Shown here in pieces: positions 37,735 through 46,998 of a DNA stretch of 64,000 nt. Both the position numbers and the translations under genes were made by a program. The DNA comes from Desulfobacterales bacterium (lineage in GTDB: Bacteria > Desulfobacterota > Desulfobacteria > Desulfobacterales > UBA5616). The stretch spans positions 32,001 to 96,000 of the forward strand of contig JAWODC010000067.1 in NCBI GenBank assembly GCA_046483495.1, written 5' to 3'. How positions within the stretch are numbered: position 1 is the first letter of the stretch; each line of letters starts with the position of its first letter. The notes under the pieces were generated by a model, which was not told the DNA's origin, ran no database searches, and was given only the letters and a program-made list of their open reading frames with translations.

Positions 37735-38544
37735 GTGATTATCGGCATCAATATCGGGAGAACGACAACCTATCTTGTGGGTTACGACGGCAAGCGAATG
37801 ATTCACCCGATAATGGTAAAATCGGATGATCCTGTCGCTTCCGCAGCCGGCGCACTGGGAAAGTTTTTATTCGAGAACGATTTCAAACCCTCGGATCTCG
37901 AACGGATTGCGTTGACAGGAATAGGTGCCGAGAAGATCGGTGATACCCTGCTTGGCCTTCCGGTCGAGTATATCAATGAGTTCGAGGCCATCGGCCGCGG
38001 CGGTACATTTCTTTCAAAAATTCCCAAAGCCATCGTCGTGGGTATGGGAACCGGAACGGCAATGGTGGAGGTGGATTCGGATAAAACGATCAACCACTGG
38101 GGCGGTTCAGGAATCGGTGGCGGAACGCTGGTCGGATTATCGAAGTACATGTTGGGTATTACAGACATTTCGCTGTTGATGAAGAAGGCGGAAAAGGGCA
38201 GATTGGATAGGGTGGACCTCAGTGTGGGCGATATCGCCACGTCGGAAATCATCGGCCTTCCCGATACATTGACGGCTTCCAATTTCGGCAAATGTTCGGA
38301 TGATGCTACGGAAAATGACCGGGCTCTGGCCATCATTTTTCTCGTTTACCAGACGATCGGCATCGTGTCCGCCGGAGCGGCGAGGGCTACAAACAACACC
38401 AAAATTATTCTTACCGGAAGGCTGGCCATTCTGCCGCCTGCGAGGCGCATTTTCGATGATATGGCGCGATTTTCAGGCATGAATTATATTATACCGCGGT
38501 TGGCTGAGTATGCGACGGCTGTAGGGGCTTCCATATCCATATAA
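37735..38544 (+). CDS. type II pantothenate kinase-like protein (CoaW/Fumble, ASKHA fold)
   Basis: LTG.G, NEF, GTGT, GG.GIGGGT, VDL.VGDI, ASNFGK; GTG start behind GGAGG. Confidence 0.8.
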   Translation: MIIGINIGRTTTYLVGYDGKRMIHPIMVKSDDPVASAAGALGKFLFENDFKPSDLERIALTGIGAEKIGDTLLGLPVEYINEFEAIGRGGTFLSKIPKAIVVGMGTGTAMVEVDSDKTINHWGGSGIGGGTLVGLSKYMLGITDISLLMKKAEKGRLDRVDLSVGDIATSEIIGLPDTLTASNFGKCSDDATENDRALAIIFLVYQTIGIVSAGAARATNNTKIILTGRLAILPPARRIFDDMARFSGMNYIIPRLAEYATAVGASISI

Positions 38545-38647
38545 TGTCCATCCAGAAGCGGCATCTTTCGGCCCGGAGCGGCGTTTTCGCCTTTTTGGAA
38601 TCCTCAAAATAGTAGACTATTCCTGCGGTTCACGAACAACTGCGAAA
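38542..38647. mobile_element. diverged partial copy of the nested-palindrome repeat (copy 3)
   Basis: TAATGTCCATCCAGAA left end on the TAA stop; conserved CGGCGTT, AATCCTCAAAATA and TATTCCTGCGGTT; right arm decayed. Confidence 0.65.
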
Positions 38648-38663
38648 CAACGGAATTGCAAAG

Positions 38664-38873
38664 ATGAATGATTCAATCGAAGCCAAGTTGAAGCAGGAAA
38701 TCGATAAAATAGCAGCGGATGTAAAACAGATCATGGCGAGGGTGGAGGAAATCTATCCATCCCGAAAACCCGAAGCGGTATCCGATGCAAGCGAGACCGA
38801 GCGTGATGACGAAAATGCGGACGGCCCCGAATCGGGTGAAGAAAGCGTTGAAAAATCAAATACTTCCGATTGA
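38664..38873 (+). CDS. small acidic hypothetical protein
   Basis: 69-aa ORF, N-terminal amphipathic helix plus acidic tail, followed by a terminator-like hairpin; weak RBS. Confidence 0.45.
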   Translation: MNDSIEAKLKQEIDKIAADVKQIMARVEEIYPSRKPEAVSDASETERDDENADGPESGEESVEKSNTSD

Positions 38874-38901
38874 ACCCTGAGCAAGTCCAAAGCAATAGTG
38901 T

Positions 38902-38932
38902 GAGCCGGTTATCGAGCGAAACGGCTCTTTTT
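38902..38932 (+). terminator. intrinsic terminator-like hairpin
   Basis: GAGCCG...CGGCTC followed by TTTTT. Confidence 0.5.
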
Positions 38933-39139
38933 CCGAATCGCAACAAACTCTCCATAATTGCAGGCCATCTCAAAATAAGGCAAAACCGCATGCTTTTCGG
39001 CCAATGCAGAAATGATTGGTGCCAACCGGTTTCGGACTTCCGGTCAGGCACCCTGCACCTCTAAATTATTGCAGGATAAAGCTGCTTGTGCTATCAGGCC
39101 TCTATTTGCCCAATCGGTATGAATATAAAGGAGCAGCAG

Positions 39140-40126
39140 ATGAAAGCGATCATAACGGGCATCAGTCATTTTGTCCCGGAACATACATTGACGAACCATG
39201 ATCTGGAACACATGGTCGAGACCAATGACGAATGGATCAGAACGAGGACCGGCATTAAGGAAAGAAGAATCCTCCCGAAGGATCTCGGTACATCCTACAT
39301 GGCGGCGAATGCCGCACAATCGGTTTTACGCAAAACAGGCACATCGCCTGATGATCTGGACCTGATTATCGTCGCAACCGTAACTCCGGATATGATGTTC
39401 CCCAATACGGCGGCACTGGTGCAAAAGGAAATCAAGGCCGGTAACTGCTGGGGGTTCGATTTGAGCGCCGGATGTTCGGGATTCGTATATGCAATGGCAA
39501 CAGGATCGCAGTTTATCGAAAGCGGACGGCACAGAAAAGTCATGGTGATCGGTGCGGATAAAATGAGTGCGATTGTCAATTACGAGGATCGCAACACCTG
39601 TGTGCTGTTCGGAGATGCCGCCGGTGCCGTATTGCTTGAACCTTCATCGGATGATGAATACGGAATAACCGACTTTTCACTCCGACTGGATGGCGAAGGC
39701 GCTGATTCGTTGAACATGCCGGCAGGGGGCAGTTTGATGCCCGCCTCTTACGAAACGGTAAAGAACAAACTGCATTTTCTTTATCAGGACGGCAGGACCG
39801 TTTTTAAACACGCGGTTACACGTATGGCCGGCATAACCGCCTCTTTGCTGGAAAAAAATCGGATAAACAGACAAAATATTAAAGCGTTCATTCCCCATCA
39901 GGCAAACCTTCGCATCATCGACGCCGTTGCCAAAAAAATCGATCTCGATTCGGATCAGGTTATCATCAATATCGAGAAATACGGAAACACCACGGCCGCA
40001 ACGATTCCTCTGGCAATGTCCGAGGCCCATGAAAACGGCGTGTTTCAACCGGGCGATTGGGTGATCATGGCGGCATTCGGCGCCGGATATACCTCCGGAA
40101 GCCTGCTGCTGAAATGGGCGATATAG
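39140..40126 (+). CDS. fabH: 3-oxoacyl-ACP synthase III
   Basis: WIRTRTGI, AGCSGF (Cys), FGDAAGA, PHQAN (His), YGNT (Asn), FGAG; RBS AAGGAG. Confidence 0.93.
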   Translation: MKAIITGISHFVPEHTLTNHDLEHMVETNDEWIRTRTGIKERRILPKDLGTSYMAANAAQSVLRKTGTSPDDLDLIIVATVTPDMMFPNTAALVQKEIKAGNCWGFDLSAGCSGFVYAMATGSQFIESGRHRKVMVIGADKMSAIVNYEDRNTCVLFGDAAGAVLLEPSSDDEYGITDFSLRLDGEGADSLNMPAGGSLMPASYETVKNKLHFLYQDGRTVFKHAVTRMAGITASLLEKNRINRQNIKAFIPHQANLRIIDAVAKKIDLDSDQVIINIEKYGNTTAATIPLAMSEAHENGVFQPGDWVIMAAFGAGYTSGSLLLKWAI

Positions 40127-40141
40127 AAGATGCAGCGATCG

Positions 40142-41938
40142 TCAATAATAATACCAGATCGATTTGTAGTCATCCGGATTTTCGCCGATCTCCCGCAATC
40201 GTTGTAAGTAATTGTAAATCGGCACATCCTCATGAAGATAGGTCTGGGCCAGTTCGAGTTTTTTCTCCCACGGATGGAATTCATAAACCCGGCGGCCGTT
40301 GGGAAGGATCGATATGATATCATGATGCTGACCGGCGCGCAGATAATTTTTTCCCAGACGGGGGAGGTTGAACACGATTTCATCGGTGCGCACCGTGCCG
40401 GGGAATAAACGGGCTTCTTCTTTTTGCTCCTGCAGCAGCCGGGCGATGGGGACCCTGAAGTCGTCTGTTTCCTCTTTGCCCTTGGTGCTGAATGTGTAAT
40501 ACGGTGTAACGCCGATCAGCCGTAAGGTCTGCCGGAGGAGGCACGCTTCGAATTTTCGCGAGTTAAAGAACGTATAGACGAGCTGATTATAAACATCTAT
40601 GCCGCAAAGGCGGAATTTCTGAACCGCCTGCATGGCTTCCGGCGTAATTTCGTACGGATGTTCAAAATGGGTGACGATAACCACTTCACGTTTTCCGGGG
40701 ACATGATAACGAGCGATATCGCCGGCCAGTTTATCGGTGATCCTCATGGGAAGGGTGACCGGTGTTCTGGTGCCGATTCGAACCCGTTGAACGTGGTCGA
40801 TTTCCGAAATATGTTTCATCATGTCCCTGAGTCTGTTGTCGGACAGGATAAACGGGTCTCCACCCGTGATCAATACTTCATGAATCTCAGGCGTTTCACT
40901 GATCCAGGCGATGGCTTTTTGAAGCTTGTCCTTTGAAATAGCCACATCCGGGGCGGTGACATCTTTAATTTCCCAGTTTCTCTGGCAATAAACACAAATT
41001 TGAGGACAGGAGATCACCGGCTTCAAAATAACGATGCCTGGATAACGCCTCGTAATGCCGTCGATCGGAGAAGTGTCATGCTCCTGCATGAAATCCATCA
41101 AATGGCGGTTTTCGCGAAGCGCTTTCATTTTTCGGACATAATGCATTGTCGGGATAACCTGAGCCCTGACGGCGTAATCGTTGACCCTTTTCGAGTCCCG
41201 ATCCATCAATGACAGGTAATAAGGGGTTATGCCGAACGGGATTTTAAATTCGGAAGCCGATTTTACGGCCCGGTATTCGTCCTCTGTGAGATCGATGAGG
41301 TCGGCAAGTGCTTCGGCGTTTCGAACGGCATGCCCCATTTGCCAGTTCCAGCTTTCCCACTGGGCGGCATCGGCATTGAAATAACTCAGGATGCGGCGCT
41401 TATTTCGTCGTCTGCGGGCAATGACATGCTTTTCCAGTCCATTCGAGTAGGTCCCCATTCGTTTGTCTGCAGCCCGCATCATTCGGGAGAGATCCTCGGA
41501 ACGCAGTTTTGCCGCTTTTCGGCCTGAGTGTTTTTGGAATGTGAGGGTTTTGCCGGAATAAATTCCTGATTTTAGAAAAATTCCTTTGATCAAGTGGTAC
41601 ACTTCAGCCAAGAATCCCGGTGAAGGTTCCGGCAGATCCTTTGAATCCGGTCGGTTTAACAAGTCATCGATGTACTGCAAAAAACTGTAGCCCGCCGCCT
41701 CCTCGTTTCGAACCGTCAGTATATTTTTCAAGACATTGATGGCATCCCGCGCCAGGATCCATTCCAATCGGGGAGTATCCATTTCTCGATCGTACGTTTT
41801 TAACGATATTCTATCCAGCAGGTGCATGATTTGAATTCTCTTCGAATCCAGCGAATCGGTGGATAGGAATATATGCTTCAGCTCTGGAGAAAGCTCCAAT
41901 ACATCCAATATCCGCCTTCCGGCTCTGTCTGTTTTCAT
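40142..41938 (-). CDS. KamA-family radical SAM/PLP aminomutase with long N-terminal extension
   Basis: W..W.WQ, ITPYY, RYP, CPQICVYC, TGGDP, RIGTR.PV..P.RI, HF.HP.E, NQ, PYY, LGK (PLP Lys). Confidence 0.88.
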   Translation of the reverse strand: MKTDRAGRRILDVLELSPELKHIFLSTDSLDSKRIQIMHLLDRISLKTYDREMDTPRLEWILARDAINVLKNILTVRNEEAAGYSFLQYIDDLLNRPDSKDLPEPSPGFLAEVYHLIKGIFLKSGIYSGKTLTFQKHSGRKAAKLRSEDLSRMMRAADKRMGTYSNGLEKHVIARRRRNKRRILSYFNADAAQWESWNWQMGHAVRNAEALADLIDLTEDEYRAVKSASEFKIPFGITPYYLSLMDRDSKRVNDYAVRAQVIPTMHYVRKMKALRENRHLMDFMQEHDTSPIDGITRRYPGIVILKPVISCPQICVYCQRNWEIKDVTAPDVAISKDKLQKAIAWISETPEIHEVLITGGDPFILSDNRLRDMMKHISEIDHVQRVRIGTRTPVTLPMRITDKLAGDIARYHVPGKREVVIVTHFEHPYEITPEAMQAVQKFRLCGIDVYNQLVYTFFNSRKFEACLLRQTLRLIGVTPYYTFSTKGKEETDDFRVPIARLLQEQKEEARLFPGTVRTDEIVFNLPRLGKNYLRAGQHHDIISILPNGRRVYEFHPWEKKLELAQTYLHEDVPIYNYLQRLREIGENPDDYKSIWYYY

Positions 41939-42277
41939 CGCTTTATCCTCTAATTATAATGTTTCATTCTTACTCATAAAGCGCAGAATCAGGGGACGGT
42001 ATGGTCCGACAACCTAAACCGGCGCAGCACCCGGCTCAATGTGTTTATAAGGACTGTGCCGTAACCTTTTGTCATGTCCCGGTGGGGATTTTGCACACGG
42101 TACAAAACCACCGCTCATTTTGGGCGTTATAAACCAAACCCAATCAAAAGGTTTCCCGTAAAAGGTGGGAAAATAAAATTGAATTCCAGTGCCTGTCAAA
42201 AAAGCACCATTTTCGGGTCCGGACATGCGAAAATCCGAAAGCAACCGATTCCGGCGTCGGTTCGCCAAGTAGGAACT

Positions 42278-42306
42278 ATTAAACCAAAAAAGCTGTGTTG
42301 AGTCAA
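42278..42306 (-). promoter_or_regulatory. putative sigma70 promoter about 340 bp upstream of the KamA-like gene
   Basis: TTGACT-17bp-TTTAAT on the minus strand. Confidence 0.45.
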
Positions 42307-42315
42307 ATCGATAGA

Positions 42316-42462
42316 CAGTGCCCATCCAGAAATGGCTAATTCGCTCCATTTCGGCGTTGGCCGGTAAATTTTAATCCTCAAAATACTCAATGTATTCCTG
42401 TGGTTAAAATTTACCGGCCGCCTTGAACGGAATCGAATTTTCTCATTTCCGGATGGGCACTG
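42316..42462. mobile_element. 147-bp nested-palindrome repeat (MITE/REPIN-like), copy 2
   Basis: 19-bp TIR CAGTGCCCATCCAGAAATG / CATTTCCGGATGGGCACTG (1 mismatch); inner stem GGCCGGTAAATTTTAA / TTAAAATTTACCGGCC. Confidence 0.85.
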
Positions 42463-42549
42463 ATAATATGGATAATATGTAGTCCATTACGAATCGTTAA
42501 AAGGCGGGGAAACGGAGGGCGGCAGCCCATCCTGCTTTAAAACAGGAAG

Positions 42550-43935
42550 TCACATGTCAATGCCGTATACCTTCATCTTGCTGAGTAAGGAAGGATGGCT
42601 GATTTCCAACAATTTCGACGCTTTGGTGCGATTGCCGGCGGTTGCCTCCAAGGCACGGTGAATCAGGCGCTTTTCGATTTCTTTCTGTGCCTCCTTAATG
42701 GAAAACCCTTCGAGAAAATCGTCGATCCGTTTGTTGCCCGCTTTAATGCCCAAGGTCTCCGGCAGGTATTCGGGCAGCAGGATATTTTTTTCACAGAGAA
42801 TGACGGCCCTTTCGATGACATTTTCCAGTTCGCGGACATTTCCGGGCCATGAATGTTTCATAAGACGGGCCATGGCGGAGGGCGAAATGACATCTATGGA
42901 CCTGCCGATATCTTTGTTGAACTTCCGAACGAAAAGGCGGGCCAAAACGGGGATATCCTCGGGACGCTCGCGCAGAGGGGGCAATGTGATCGACATTACG
43001 TTCAATCGATAATACAGGTCTTCTCTAAAGCGATGGTCGGCGATTTCTTCTTCCAGGTTTTTGGCGGTAGCGGCGATTACCCGGACATCGATCTTCTGAA
43101 ATTTGGCGTCTCCGACCGCCCTGACCTCCTTATCTTGAAGAACACGCAGGAGTTTGACCTGTAGAGAAAGGGGCATTTCCCCGATTTCATCGAGAAAAAT
43201 CGTTCCGCCGTCCGCTTCCTGAAACAGACCGGCTCTGTCGGAATGCGCGCCGGTAAAGGCCCCTTTTTTGTATCCGAACAGCTCACTTTCCAGCAGGCTT
43301 TCCGGGATGCCGCCGCAATTTACCGGTATAAACGGGTTGCCGGCACGGTTGCCGTTATGGTGAATCCCCCTGGCTATAAGATCTTTGCCGGTGCCGCTCT
43401 CGCCTGAAATCAGCACGGTCGTATTCAACTGGGCAAGTTTTCGGGAAAGGACAAAAACATTTTCCATTTGCTTGCTTTTGGCCACCATATTTCCGAACCG
43501 GTAATTTTCTTCAATCTGTTTTACGCGTTGTTTTAACTTTACATTTTCTTGGCGAAGGCTCTCTCTTTCTTCGGCCTTTTTTAAGGCCAATATGATTTCA
43601 TCGGCATTAAAAGGCTTCGATATGTAATCATAAGCTCCTAGCTTCATAGCGGAAATGGCTGTTTCAATCGTGCCGTACGCGGACATCATAATCACGGTAG
43701 TCCCGCCGATATGATCCTGTATCCGGTTTAAAAATTCCATACCGTCCATATTCGGCATAATGACATCACACAGTACAAAATCGTACGGCGTTTCGGTCAG
43801 TTTGCTGATTCCGGAGTGCCCGTCGGCGGCCGTACACACCTCGTATCCCGCTTTGGTCAGCAAGCGGGAAAGCATGTGCCGCATATTTTCCTCATCATCG
43901 ATGATGAGAATCCGATGGGGTGAGGCTTTTTTCAT
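42550..43935 (-). CDS. sigma54-dependent response regulator (NtrC/PilR/AtoC family)
   Basis: REC (DD, D, K), GESGTGK, ESELFG..KGAFTGA, FLDEIGE, WPGNVRELEN, Fis-type HTH. Confidence 0.93.
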   Translation of the reverse strand: MKKASPHRILIIDDEENMRHMLSRLLTKAGYEVCTAADGHSGISKLTETPYDFVLCDVIMPNMDGMEFLNRIQDHIGGTTVIMMSAYGTIETAISAMKLGAYDYISKPFNADEIILALKKAEERESLRQENVKLKQRVKQIEENYRFGNMVAKSKQMENVFVLSRKLAQLNTTVLISGESGTGKDLIARGIHHNGNRAGNPFIPVNCGGIPESLLESELFGYKKGAFTGAHSDRAGLFQEADGGTIFLDEIGEMPLSLQVKLLRVLQDKEVRAVGDAKFQKIDVRVIAATAKNLEEEIADHRFREDLYYRLNVMSITLPPLRERPEDIPVLARLFVRKFNKDIGRSIDVISPSAMARLMKHSWPGNVRELENVIERAVILCEKNILLPEYLPETLGIKAGNKRIDDFLEGFSIKEAQKEIEKRLIHRALEATAGNRTKASKLLEISHPSLLSKMKVYGIDM

Positions 43936-45487
43936 CGTGATTATCCTCCTCTTTCCGTGTTGAAATCAGCGGCAACCGGACCGTAATTTCTGCTCCCATC
44001 TCTTTTTTCCTGACAGCTTCCAGCCTTCCTCCTAAATTTTCGACCATCATATAACTTACCCACAATCCTAATCCCGTTCCCTTTCCCGGACTTTTTGTCG
44101 TAAAAAATGAATCGAAAATAGCATGTATATCGTGTTCGGAGATGCCGCAACCGTTGTCTTCGATGGTGACGACCACCCATTCTCTGCAGGACCTTTCGGC
44201 GCCGGGCCCTTCTTCATTCCTTGTGGTGATGCTGATTTTTCCCGTGTCCATCGGGCATGCGGCCGAAACGGCATCTGCGGCGTTGATCAGAAGGTTCAGC
44301 AAAATCTGCCTCAAGGTGCTTTCATCCCCCATGATCATGTCCCGAGGGGCATCAGCCGAAAAATCGATATCGATTTGCCGCATCAAGGGAAGGATCCGGG
44401 CTACATCCACCATGTCGCCGATGACGTGATGAACGGAAACCGGTTCGGATTTTTCCATCCCCGGTCTTGAAAAGTCAAGCAATTGCCGAATGATGGTGTT
44501 GATTCGGTTGATTTCCTGTTCCAGGCGATCGAGAAACTCCAATTTTTCCGATTCAGTGAAATCTTTCTGCTTCAGCAGATCGAGATACCCCAGAATAATG
44601 CCGAGGGGATTTCCGATCTCGTGGGCAATGCCGGAAGAAAGCCTGCCTACCGTTGCCGCTTTCTCACATCGAATCACTTCTCTCTGCGCCTGTTTTAATT
44701 CGGCATTGGCATTTTCCAGGGAACTAATGGTTTCGTTGAGCCTGGCTTTATCCGCCGATATGCGCAGAAGCATTCGATGCAAGGCGGCCGACAACCTCCC
44801 GAATTCATCGGTTCTCGAATCATCCAGAAAAACCGTTTCCTCATCTTCCCTGAACGTTTCAGCCCGTTTCAGAATGCGCTTGAGCGGATTGATCGTAATC
44901 CGCCGGATTTGAAAATAGCCGATGAGCGTCAGCAGCGCCAAATTGATGAACATATACGTCAACAGAACTTTCTGAATGTTTTGCAGCGGCTGATAGACCT
45001 GCTCCAAATGAAACACGATTCCCACTCCCCCGGAAGGCGGTGATCCGTCATTCAGCGGGTACGCCACAGCAAGGTATCGATGACGCTTCCAGAAAACGCC
45101 CCGTGTGGACCCGGTGAATCGGCGGATTTTCATGTTTTGTGCAATCGATTGATGCAGGAGGTGTTCTATCCCTGTGATATCGGGGCATAGGGCATTGGAA
45201 AAGACCGTCTTAACGTTTTCATTCATCAGCACCAGGCATTGCACCCCGGCTTCTCGGGAAAGCGCGATCATGTACTCTTCTGCAGTGCCGAAAGGCGTTG
45301 CCGGACCGATATCCCCGGACGGTCCGGCCTGCAGTGCCGAAAACAAGAGGTCGCCTTTGTCCGACAGGTTTTTGGTGACCAAGCTGGTAAAGCCGGTCAT
45401 CAGCACCAGATTCACCAGCAGCATCGCAACGGCGACCATAACCAGAATGGAAACGATGATGTTGAATTTCAACCCTTTGAAAAACAA
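43895..45487 (-). CDS. membrane sensor histidine kinase (HAMP-HisKA-HATPase)
   Basis: two TM helices, DEFG HAMP, AHEIGNPL, NLLINA, DNGCG, FFTTK..G.GTGLGL; start moved to TTG 45487 behind AGAGGA. Confidence 0.9.
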   Translation of the reverse strand: MFFKGLKFNIIVSILVMVAVAMLLVNLVLMTGFTSLVTKNLSDKGDLLFSALQAGPSGDIGPATPFGTAEEYMIALSREAGVQCLVLMNENVKTVFSNALCPDITGIEHLLHQSIAQNMKIRRFTGSTRGVFWKRHRYLAVAYPLNDGSPPSGGVGIVFHLEQVYQPLQNIQKVLLTYMFINLALLTLIGYFQIRRITINPLKRILKRAETFREDEETVFLDDSRTDEFGRLSAALHRMLLRISADKARLNETISSLENANAELKQAQREVIRCEKAATVGRLSSGIAHEIGNPLGIILGYLDLLKQKDFTESEKLEFLDRLEQEINRINTIIRQLLDFSRPGMEKSEPVSVHHVIGDMVDVARILPLMRQIDIDFSADAPRDMIMGDESTLRQILLNLLINAADAVSAACPMDTGKISITTRNEEGPGAERSCREWVVVTIEDNGCGISEHDIHAIFDSFFTTKSPGKGTGLGLWVSYMMVENLGGRLEAVRKKEMGAEITVRLPLISTRKEEDNHDEKSLTPSDSHHR

Positions 45488-45609
45488 GATGCGTCCTCTC
45501 GAATAACCGCCCAACCGGAAGTGGCGTTCGTGCCGCACCGGCTCGTCGTGTCGGTTCTTTACATTCAGGGATTCGGCCCCGGATTTTCGAGAAAAAGGGC
45601 AATTTGCAT

Positions 45610-46896
45610 TTAAGATCGCTGTTCGATGGGAATATACGTCTTCTCCGGCGATCCTGTATAGACCTGGCGGGGCCGGCCGAGCTTCCATTGCGGGTCGTCA
45701 AACCCCTCTTTCCATTGGGCGATCCAACCGGGAAGTCTCCCAATGGCAAACATCACCGTAAACATGTTCGTCGGGATGCCGATGGCGCGCAGCACGATAC
45801 CGCTGTAAAAATCGATATTGGGATATAGATTGTGTTCAATAAAATACTCATCTTTCAGGGCGGCTTTTTCAAGCTCTACGGCCAGGTCAAGCAGCGGGTC
45901 CGATGTCTTTGTTTTTGCAAGAACTTTGTCGCACATGGTTTTCATGATCTTCGCACGGGGGTCATACGTCTTATAGACCCTATGGCCGAACCCCATCAAC
46001 CTGAACGGATCATGTTTGTCCTTGGCCCGGCGAATGAGATCATTCACTTTTCCGCCGCTGTCCCTCAAGTTTTGAAGCATTTCGATCACCGCCTGGTTGG
46101 CCCCGCCGTGCAACGGCCCCCATAGGGCGGCGATGCCTGCGGATATGGAGGCATACAGATTGGCCCGGCTGCTTCCCACCATTCGAACCGTGGCGGTCGA
46201 ACAGTTCTGTTCGTGGTCTGCATGAAGAATCCAAAATGTATTCAATGAGTTAACAACATCATTATCGATTTGATAAGACCTTACGGGGGAATCGAACATC
46301 ATGTTCAGAAAATTGGCGCAGTATGAAAGATCCGGTCTGGGGTAAACCACCTTGTGCCCTTTTGAAATTTTATAGGACAAGGCAGCCAGCGTACGGACTT
46401 TGGAAAGGAGCCGGGTGACCGTTAGGTTTATTTCTTCTTCGATGATCGGAAGCTCCGGGTAAAAGCTTCTCAAGGCCGTCACCATGGACGAAAGAATGCC
46501 CATTGGATGGGATGCCCTGGGGAAATTCTGGAAAAAAAACTGGAGATCTTCATGAACCAGTGACTGGTCATTTAATAGAACAGAAAAACGCGTGAGTTCG
46601 GAAGAGGTGGGAAGTCTGCCGTTTATCAAAAGGTACGCGGTTTCCACAAAGCTTGAATGTTCGGCCAATTGTTCGATCGGAATGCCACGATAGCGCAAAA
46701 TGCCTTTTTCACCATCCATGTACGTGATCTTGCTGGTGCAGCTGCCGGTATTGGCAAACCCCGGGTCCAGCGTTATCAGCCCGGTTTTTTTCCGCAGCTG
46801 CGAAATGTCGATCGCTTTTTCATTTTCAGATCCTCTGATGAGGGGAAATGTAAATGTTTTACCCCGGTAAGTCATCGTAACAAATTCTTCTTCCAT
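45610..46896 (-). CDS. gltA: citrate synthase (Si-type)
   Basis: DPGF.NT.SC.S.IT, HADHEQNCST, GPLHGGAN, MGFGHRVYK, YPNIDFYSG. Confidence 0.95.
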   Translation of the reverse strand: MEEEFVTMTYRGKTFTFPLIRGSENEKAIDISQLRKKTGLITLDPGFANTGSCTSKITYMDGEKGILRYRGIPIEQLAEHSSFVETAYLLINGRLPTSSELTRFSVLLNDQSLVHEDLQFFFQNFPRASHPMGILSSMVTALRSFYPELPIIEEEINLTVTRLLSKVRTLAALSYKISKGHKVVYPRPDLSYCANFLNMMFDSPVRSYQIDNDVVNSLNTFWILHADHEQNCSTATVRMVGSSRANLYASISAGIAALWGPLHGGANQAVIEMLQNLRDSGGKVNDLIRRAKDKHDPFRLMGFGHRVYKTYDPRAKIMKTMCDKVLAKTKTSDPLLDLAVELEKAALKDEYFIEHNLYPNIDFYSGIVLRAIGIPTNMFTVMFAIGRLPGWIAQWKEGFDDPQWKLGRPRQVYTGSPEKTYIPIEQRS

Positions 46897-46969
46897 TGCC
46901 GTTCTCCCGTTAGATGCCGGTTTTCAAAAAATCCTGCGGCATTTCGTTGCTGAAAACAAAAACTGATCA

Positions 46970-46998
46970 CTTATACCCAAAAAGAAGGAAGGGGTCAA
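46970..46998 (-). promoter_or_regulatory. putative sigma70 promoter for gltA
   Basis: TTGACC-17bp-TATAAG on the minus strand. Confidence 0.55.

Noticed and set aside
27838..42462. Dispersed repeats considered as CRISPR repeats or integron attC sites
   Set aside because: Not tandem, no spacers, no cas or intI genes, no GTTRRRY/RYYYAAC ends, and the flanks are ordinary chromosomal genes.
45488..45688. ORF-track N-terminal extension of the histidine kinase overlapping gltA (and similar extensions of manC, aspS, rsmA, M20, NMO, fabH)
   Set aside because: Downstream starts fit better, by RBS and/or family N-terminus; the extensions are longest-ORF artefacts.
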